A stretch of DNA of 8,827 bases, from contig NW_021828330.1 of the NCBI RefSeq assembly GCF_006345805.1, positions 1-8,827 of the forward strand. The letters run 5' to 3'. The position numbers and the translations under genes are program-made. This document shows positions 1 to 6,462 of the stretch, one piece after another. Source of the DNA: Octopus sinensis. Its lineage: Eukaryota. Position 1 is the first letter of the stretch; every line of letters starts with the position of its first letter. Under the pieces are notes generated by a model. The model saw nothing but the letters and a program-made list of their open reading frames with translations, had not been told where the DNA came from and made no database searches.

Positions 1-245
1 CATATATATATATATACATATACACATATATATATATATACATATACACACATATATATATATACATATACACAATATATATATACATATACACATATAT
101 ATATACATATACACATATATATATATATATACATATACACATATATATACATATACACATATATATACATATACACATATATACACACACACATATATAT
201 ATACACACACGCATACATACATAGATTATATACTCACATATAAGC
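1..245. repeat. Compound (TA)n/(CA)n low-complexity microsatellite
   Basis: Mixed TATA/CACA/TACA units read directly from the sequence. Confidence 0.95.
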
Positions 246-387
246 ATACGCAGACACACCCACCGACAAACACATACAAACACACACACATCATTTTCAA
301 ATCATATTGTTATTAAAAGTATATGTAACATCAGCCAAATGTGTTGTTTCTCTCGTTTGGTGTGTGTGTGTGTGTGTGTGTGTGAAT

Positions 388-572
388 AGGGGCGGGCGTG
401 CTTGCGTGGTAAGTAGCTTGCTTACCAACCGCATGGTTCCAGGTTCAGACCCACTGCGTGGCACCTTGGCCAAGTGTCTTCTACTGTAACCTCAGGCCGA
501 CCAAAACCTTGTGAACGGATTTGGTAGACGGAAACTGGAAGAAGCCGATCATATGTGTGTGTGTGTCTGTGT
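388..572 (+). mobile_element. tRNA-derived CORE-type SINE, 5' half (copy 1), ending in its internal (TG)n
   Basis: B-box-like GGTTCAGACCC at 442-452; ACCTTGGCCAAGT at 463-475 resembles the CORE-domain motif ACCTTGGGCAAGT of MIR-type SINEs; homologous to 573-850 and to the minus-strand copy at 6463-7232. Exact family name (octopus OR-type?) not verified. Confidence 0.8.
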
Positions 573-850
573 GAATAGGGGTGCGTGTTCGCGTGGTAAG
601 AAGCTTGCCTCCCAACTACACGATTCCAGGTTCAGTCCCACTGTGTGTCACTTGGCCAAAGTGCCACACAGTGGGACTGAACCTGGAATCATGTGGTTGG
701 GAAAAGCCTTGTGAATGGATTTGGTAGACGGGGACTAGAAGAAACCGGTCATGTGTGTGTGTGTGTCCCAACACCGTTTGACAACCGGTGTTTGTTTGTT
801 CACGTTCCTGTAACTTAGCGGTTCGGCAAATGAGAATGATTAAAGTACGT
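573..850 (+). mobile_element. CORE-type SINE (copy 2), tandem to copy 1, with an internal inversion and part of the 3' half
   Basis: Same lead-in TGTGTGAATAGGGG as copy 1; B box GGTTCAGTCCC; AAGCCTTGTGAATGGATTTGGTAGACGG matches copy 1; after (TG)n the sequence ACAACCGGTG...CGTTCCTGTAACTTAGCGGTTCGGCAAA matches the reverse complement of ~6575-6622 plus 7023-7030. Confidence 0.8.
610..702. repeat. Fold-back inverted repeat inside SINE copy 2
   Basis: 622-653 pairs with 659-690 (31/32), centred on TTGGCCAA; pairing extends to 610/702 with one mismatch and one G-T. Confidence 0.92.
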
Positions 851-919
851 AAAAGACAGAATATCTAAATAACGCGTACAATCTACCCGACGAGCTTTTC
901 TGGGGGTTTTGTTGATGTT

Positions 920-1050
920 GCTGTCGTTTTCACTCAGGTTGAACTGAAGTCGTGAGCAAAAGATACTTGCACAATGTGATTCACACAAGGATCGAACCCG
1001 TTGGCACCCTCATTACAAAGACAACTCAAAAACATTCGCCTATGCTTCAC
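920..1050 (-). mobile_element. Degraded tRNA-derived SINE remnant
   Basis: Minus strand has B box GGGTTCGATCC (999-989) and an A-box-like TAGGCGAATGTT (1042-1031) at tRNA-like spacing (43 nt), followed by TTGTGCAAGTATCTT, reminiscent of a SINE central-domain start. No cloverleaf; boundaries approximate. Confidence 0.45.
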
Positions 1051-1099
1051 CCATAAACAAACGAACACGCAAACAATGATAGATACGCAATCAAGAATG

Positions 1100-1182
1100 C
1101 CGTCGTCGTCGTCGTCATCAATACCACCGCCACCTTCAACAGCAACATCCAAATTATCATCTCCATTATCATCACCATTATT
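1100..1182. repeat. Imperfect trinucleotide repeat (GTC/ATC/CAC)
   Basis: CGTCGTCGTCGTCGTCATCA...CATCTCCATTATCATCACCATTATTA. Confidence 0.8.
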
Positions 1183-1189
1183 ATGCGAC

Positions 1190-1370
1190 GTGACATCAAA
1201 GGCCGTTTGACATGCCATCTTGCACTAGACGCAACACGCCCAGGTAAGATGACGACATCCAGGTAAAGTGAAATAATTTGCCTACATAGACAAAACGCCA
1301 GATGACCCGGGTATCGAAACATTGGTCTGACGATCGAGCGTCCAATAGATTTACCACTCAGCCACGCGCC
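1190..1370 (-). mobile_element. Degraded tRNA-derived SINE
   Basis: Minus strand reads GGCGCG-TGGCTGAGTGG (A box, 1364-1354)...GTTTCGATACCC (B box, 1320-1309) with tRNA-like spacing; 3' boundary approximate. Confidence 0.6.
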
Positions 1371-1421
1371 ATCATGGAACCAAACACTTAAACAGACTAT
1401 CTCCCGCTAAGAGATAGCGAA

Positions 1422-2025
<604 letters not shown>

Positions 2026-2098
2026 AACATCAAAATGCAGGTGTTTACTCGTTCTGTTGGTATCAAGACAAATTAAAAGGGTGTTAACCAGATATTTG

Positions 2099-2434
2099 AT
2101 CTCTCCTTCTCCTCCGCCGCCGCCGCCTCCCTCTCACCTTCTCTCTCTCTCTGCTTCTGTGGTTCTGTGTATACTGCCTTACTTTCTCTCTCTCTCTCAC
2201 TCTCTCTCGCACTCTCTCTCTCACTCTCTCTCGCACTCTCTCTCTCCCCCCCCCCACTCCTCCCGTCTCCAACATCCGTTTTCTCTCTGCTCCGAACTGT
2301 ACGGTGAGGTCGCTCACGAGGACTTCTCACCGGCGGCGGCGGCGGCGGCGGAGGCGATGGCGGAGACAGTGACGACCGGGGGGGGGGGATGGAGTGTGGG
2401 TGGCAGTGATGGGGGTAATCGGGTGGAGGAGTAG
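2099..2434. other. GC/CpG-rich low-complexity island: (CCG)n, (CT)n with 12-nt units, C10, (GGC)n, G11
   Basis: (CCG)n 2111-2127, CT tract ~2185-2255, (GGC)n 2332-2354, G-run 2378-2388; function unknown. Confidence 0.6.
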
Positions 2435-2700
2435 ATTTTGTAGTATTAGTAGTAGCAGCAGTAAAATAAATCGTGGGGATGTCGTAACGATGGCGGTGGT
2501 GATAGAGCAGCAATAGAAGGAAGGGGTTTTGGTTATTGTAGTAGTAGTGGTGGTGGTCACGCTTGGGATGACGATGGCGGCATAAATGTAAAGGGGATCG
2601 ACTAGCAATATTGGTGGTGACGGTCATGATGATGATGATGATGATGATGACAGTTGGGGTAATAATAATGGCGGTGGTGGTAGTCTTTATGATGTCCAAT
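2430..2700. repeat. Mosaic trinucleotide microsatellites (TAG, GGT, GAT, AAT)
   Basis: Direct reading, e.g. (GAT)n at ~2627-2649 and GTAGTAGTAGTGGTGGTGG at ~2538-2556. Confidence 0.85.
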
Positions 2701-2858
2701 CGGCTAATTAACAACAAAATTAATTGGGACCCTTTAGAAAGCTTTCTACTCTAACATTACTAAATATCATCAAATGCGTTATTACTTAAAAAAAGAGGGG
2801 TGCGAATACCATCTCAGCCAATCAAATCACATTTTCTTCAGTAAATATCAATATGGTG

Positions 2859-3033
2859 GAAGCATTCCGTCGGTTACGACGACGAGGGTTCCGGTTGATC
2901 CGATCAACGGAACAGCCTGCTCGTGAAATTAACGTGTAAGTGGCTGAGCACTCCGCAGACACGTGCACCCTTAACGTAGTTCTCGGGGATATTCAGCATG
3001 ACACAGAGAGTGACAAGGCCGGCCCTTTGAAAT
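2859..3033 (-). mobile_element. 5'-truncated (tail-only) copy of SINE family A, tandem to the full copy
   Basis: 175 nt matching 3035-3209 with 6 substitutions, all transitions. Confidence 0.92.
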
Positions 3034-3034
3034 T

Positions 3035-3415
3035 GAAGCACTCCGTCGGTTACGACGACGAGGGTTCCGGTTGATCCAATCAACGGAACAGCCTGCTCGT
3101 GAAATTAACGTGTAAGTGGCTGAGCACTCCACAGACACGTGTACCCTTAACGTAGTTCTCGGGGATATTCAGCGTGACACAGAGAGTGACAAGGCCGACC
3201 CTTTGAAATACAGGTACAACAGAAACAGGAAGTAAGAGTGAGAGAAAGTTGTGGTGAAAGAGTACAGCAGGGATCACCACCACCCCCTACCGGAGCCTCG
3301 TGGAGCTTTTAGGTGTTTTCGCTCAATAAACACTCACAACGCCCGGTCTGGGAATCGAAACCGCGATCCTACGACCGCGAGTCCGCTGCCCTAACTACTG
3401 GGCCATTGCGCCTCC
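3035..3415 (-). mobile_element. Full-length tRNA-derived SINE family A (tail type 1)
   Basis: Minus strand begins GGAGGCGCAATGGCCCAGTAGTTAGGGCAGCGGACTCGCGGTCGTAGGATCGCGGTTTCGATTCCC (A and B boxes); ends ...GTCGTAACCGACGGAGTGCTTC; collinear with 3694-4070 and 5379-5750. Confidence 0.92.
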
Positions 3416-3693
3416 ACAAATATCAAAATATAAACCGAGTAACAACACAATGAAATAATTAGCTCCGATTACACACGCATAATAGAAAAAAAAAATACAG
3501 TGAATGATAAAGGATAGATAGACACGAAAATCCTCTCATCAGCCAAGTCGACAAGACACATTGTAGTTTCCGCACGTTTAAAGATAAAATTCTACGATAC
3601 TAAGCCCGAGTTTGAGCTCTTGATATAGGAAATACCACTGCGATGATGGAGAAAACTGTATGTGTATACTCGCGTGTAGATGGCAAAAATAGT

Positions 3694-4070
3694 GGAGGCG
3701 CAATAGCCCAGTGGTTAGGGCAGCGATTTCGCGGGCGTGGGATCATGGTTTCGATTCACAGACCGGGTGTTGTGAGTGTTTATTGAGGAAAAACACCTAA
3801 GGCTCTACGAGGCTCCGGCAGGGCGGGTGGCGAACCCTGCTGTACTCTTTCACCACAACTTTCTCTCACTCTTTCCTCTTGTTCCTGTTGTACCTGTATT
3901 TCAAAGGGCCGGCCTTGTCACTCTCTGTGTCACGCTGAATCTCCTCAAGAACTACGTTAATGGTAAATTTGTCTGTGGAGTGCTCAGCCACTTACACGTT
4001 AATTTCATGAGCAAGCTGTTCCGTTGATTGTATGAGCTGGAATCCTTGTCATCGTAACCGACGGAGTGGT
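3694..4070 (+). mobile_element. Full-length SINE family A (tail type 1), more diverged
   Basis: GGAGGCGCAATAGCCCAGTGGTTAGGG...GGTTTCGATTCAC head; same body and tail as 3035-3415; no clear TSD. Confidence 0.92.
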
Positions 4071-4077
4071 CCTTACA

Positions 4078-4078
<1 letters not shown>

Positions 4079-4118
<40 letters not shown>
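4079..4118. repeat. (TG)n(TA)n microsatellite
   Basis: Direct reading. Confidence 0.95.
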
Positions 4119-4120
<2 letters not shown>

Positions 4121-4247
4121 CTATTATTGTTTTTTGTATTTAAATTCGTGTGGCATCGTCCGCTTTTCTGTCCATGTTTCGTATACATTCGATCCTTTTT
4201 CAAGAAATCTAATTCTCGTAGCTTAGTTTTTCCTTGGGGCTGGTCGG

Positions 4248-4368
4248 ATCGGAACGATCTCAAGATTAATCAGCGAAATTGCTACGATGATCCGGTTCTT
4301 GACTGAAGATTGAGGGCTTCGAATGCCCCGTCCGTGTTTTTTGTGTCGTCTTCTAAGTGTTTTGCGTT

Positions 4369-4428
<60 letters not shown>

Positions 4429-4551
4429 TCGGAGCAATCTCAAGATTAACCAGCCGAAATTGCGAGGATGATCCGGTTCTTGACTGAAGATTAGAGGCTT
4501 CGAATGACCTGTCCGTTTTTTGTGTCGTCTATTTGAATGTTTTGCGTTCTT
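4248..4551. repeat. Two ~124-bp direct repeats (4248-4371, 4428-4551) separated by (TA)n
   Basis: Shared block GATGATCCGGTTCTTGACTGAAGATT...GGCTTCGAATG...TTTTTTGTGTCGTCT...TGTTTTGCGTTCTT; roughly 85-90% identical by eye; family unidentified. Confidence 0.9.
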
Positions 4552-4594
4552 GTCCCATTTTGTATTTTTATATATATATTTTATACATATATAA

Positions 4595-4845
4595 GAATTT
4601 TTTGCGTAATAAGATAAAAAAAAATAAGGCTGTATAGATAGGTCTTACAGCTGTTTCTAGGATATTTATTGATAATATCCCTTCATCTGAGACAGTGTGA
4701 GACGAAAAATTAAGTCATAGTTAGTTTAGATGTGATACAAAATAGAGAGTGAGGTGGAGGAAAGAAAATAGATGGAAGATATGTGTGGATATTGAAGTTG
4801 TAGATCCATTTTTTAGGCATAATGGTATATATGCAATATTCCAAT
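4595..4845 (-). mobile_element. Probable Penelope-like element terminal-repeat (pLTR) remnant carrying the hammerhead
   Basis: Inferred from the hammerhead type and the flanking TA-rich tracts; no RT or GIY-YIG ORF visible; boundaries approximate. Confidence 0.45.
4642..4693 (-). ncRNA. Minimal type I hammerhead ribozyme motif (PLE-type, palindromic stem III), degenerate at U4
   Basis: Minus strand: GUCU-CAGAUGA-A-GGGAUAUU-AUCAAUA-AAUAUCCU-A-GAAA-CAGCUG-UA|AGAC. Stem I GUCU/AGAC; 8-bp stem II; GAAA; self-complementary ACAGCUGU stem III; GUA cleavage triplet (cut between 4646 and 4645). Deviations: core CAGAUGA instead of CUGAUGA, and A.A at the base of stem II. Confidence 0.7.
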
Positions 4846-4929
4846 ATATATATATATATATACCGGAGTAAGCACATGTGAAATAAGGTGGGAAAAAGAG
4901 TACTCAAATACCAGGGGTAGAGTAATATG

Positions 4930-5013
4930 CTTTATTTAAAGCAGCAGAAATTTAACAAAAGCTGTTACTCCGAGTAACAGCTTTTGTTAAATTTCTGCTG
5001 CTTTTAAATAAAG
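4930..5013. repeat. Near-perfect palindrome, 41/42-bp arms, 1-nt spacer
   Basis: 4930-4970 is the reverse complement of 4972-5013 except for one extra T in the T-run at 5002-5005; centre GTTACTC-C-GAGTAAC. Confidence 0.97.
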
Positions 5014-5015
5014 TG

Positions 5016-5084
<69 letters not shown>
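5016..5084. repeat. (TG)n(TA)n microsatellite
   Basis: Direct reading. Confidence 0.95.
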
Positions 5085-5087
<3 letters not shown>

Positions 5088-5202
5088 GGTTAAGTAATTG
5101 AGATTCTAGTGAATTCTAAAGAATTCACATGAATATGGTCCTTAACTAGGATGCACCGGATATCTATATGGTGTTAGCCATACGACAAGTGGGGTGATTA
5201 TA

Positions 5203-5306
5203 ATAGGAAAAAAGCCAACAAGAATGGATTAAAATCTCGGTACGATCGTTTCGTACCTCGTACGAAACGATCGTACCGAAATTTTAATCCATTCTTGTTG
5301 CTTTTT

Positions 5307-5311
<5 letters not shown>
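5203..5311. repeat. Near-perfect palindrome, 41-bp core arms (40/41) extending to ~54 bp, 3-nt spacer
   Basis: 5216-5256 pairs with 5260-5300 except C5236/A5280; spacer CTC; extends to 5203/5311 with two 1-nt bulges. Confidence 0.97.
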
Positions 5312-5312
<1 letters not shown>

Positions 5313-5340
<28 letters not shown>

Positions 5341-5380
5341 GTATATAGTAGAGAGAGAGAGATGGAGAGAGAGAGAGAGA
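5313..5380. repeat. (TA)n then (GA)n microsatellite
   Basis: Direct reading. Confidence 0.95.
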
Positions 5381-5750
5381 GGCGCAATGGCCCAGTGGTT
5401 AGGATGGTGGACTTGCGGTTATAGGCTCGCAGTTTCGATTACCAGTCCGGATGTTGTGTTTGTTAAGTGAAAACATCTAAAACTCCACGAGGCTCTGGCA
5501 GGGGGTGGTGACAAACCCCGCTGTACTCTTTCGCCACAACTTTCTCTCTTTCTTCCTGTTTCTCCTGTACCTGTATTTCAAAGGGGCCAGCCTTGTCACA
5601 CTCTGTGTCACGTTGAATATCCCCGAGAGCTAAGTTAAGTGTACACGTGTCTGTGGAGTGCTCAGCCACTTACACGTTAATTTCACGAGCAGGCTGTTCC
5701 GTTGATCAAATCAACTGGAGCGCTCGTCGTCGCAACCGACGGAGTGTCAC
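5379..5750 (+). mobile_element. Full-length SINE family A (tail type 1), diverged
   Basis: GAGGCGCAATGGCCCAGTGGTTAGG...AGTTTCGATTACC head; tail ...GGCTGTTCCGTTGATCAAATCAACTGGAGCGCTCGTCGTCGCAACCGACGGAGTG. Confidence 0.92.
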
Positions 5751-5770
5751 GACGATGGCAATATCTAGAG

Positions 5771-5971
5771 CAGTGCTTTTCAACCTTTTTGCTGGAGCGG
5801 AACCCCAAGGAAACATTCCACCGGCTCGAGGAACCCCTGTGCAATAATTTAATAGTCTTCTGCACACATATCTGCACAGGAGAATTAAAAATTACTGCCG
5901 ATTTTAGCAGTTTTGTAACTTCTTGCGGAACCCCTGGACTGTACTGGCGGAACCCTGGTTGAAAACCACTG
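5771..5971. mobile_element. 201-bp non-autonomous hAT-superfamily MITE (Charlie-like)
   Basis: TIRs CAGTGCTTTTCAACC (5771-5785) / GGTTGAAAACCACTG (5957-5971), 14/15 match; perfect 8-bp TSD ATCTAGAG at 5763-5770 and 5972-5979; four subterminal GGAACCC motifs. Confidence 0.93.
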
Positions 5972-6173
5972 ATCTAGAGAATCAATTAGATCAGGGTTAT
6001 ATATCGCTTTAAAATATTCGGAAGTGCATGATTTGAAGAAATGGATTTTTGGGAGAGCAGTAACGTGTTTAATGTTACGTTATTGAATTACACAAATGTA
6101 TGCCTACTCTGAATAAATTTGTCGTAATACTGAAATATCTATGTATTTCATTCCAATTTATGGCAAGCACAAA

Positions 6174-6238
6174 GGTAGGTAGGTAGGTAGGTAGAGAGAG
6201 AGGGGTAGGTAGGTACGTAGGTGGTGTGTGTGTGTGTG
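6174..6238. repeat. (GGTA)n, (GA)n and (GT)n compound microsatellite
   Basis: Direct reading. Confidence 0.9.
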
Positions 6239-6239
6239 G

Positions 6240-6460
6240 GGCGTTGCGTGGCGTTGTGTTGCGCTGCGTGGTGTAGCGTGGCGTGGCGTGGCGTTGCGTG
6301 GCGTTGCGTGGCGTTGCGTGGCATGGCGTTGCGTGGCGTTGCGTGGCATAGCGTGGCGTGGCGTTGCGTGGCGTGGCGTTGCGTGGCGTTGCGTGGCATG
6401 GCGTGGCGTTGCGTTGCGTGGTGTTGCGTTGCGTGGCGTGGCGTGGCGTTGCGTGGCGTT
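6240..6460. repeat. CpG-rich pentanucleotide array (GCGTG/GCGTT)n, ~44 units
   Basis: Direct reading; variant units GCATG, GCATA, GTGTT. Confidence 0.97.
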
Positions 6461-6462
6461 TT

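Noticed and set aside
2057-2717. Overlapping ORFs of 77-214 aa on both strands
   Set aside because: Homopolymeric runs from trinucleotide and CT repeats; stop-free by composition. Only the short 2357 ORF is kept as a low-confidence finding.
3340-3415. tRNA gene call for the SINE heads (also 6624-6700 and 5379-5455)
   Set aside because: A and B boxes are present, but there is no complete acceptor stem or cloverleaf and each head is fused to a SINE body.
3520-3550. Minus-strand CTGATGA at 3542-3536
   Set aside because: No downstream GAAA or stems II/III; chance 7-mer.
3080-4027. Similar peptides VLFHHNFLSL...LHVNF in ORFs 3080-3283 and 3776-4027
   Set aside because: The similarity comes from two copies of the same non-coding SINE, not from paralogous genes.
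4300-4335. CTGAAGA...GAAT...GTC as a canonical hammerhead (also 4483-4515)
   Set aside because: GAAT instead of GAAA, no pairable stem III, and no stem I partner after GTC.
4930-5311. Rho-independent terminator or MITE calls for the long palindromes
   Set aside because: Eukaryotic context; arms pair to the centre with no internal sequence and no TSD was found.
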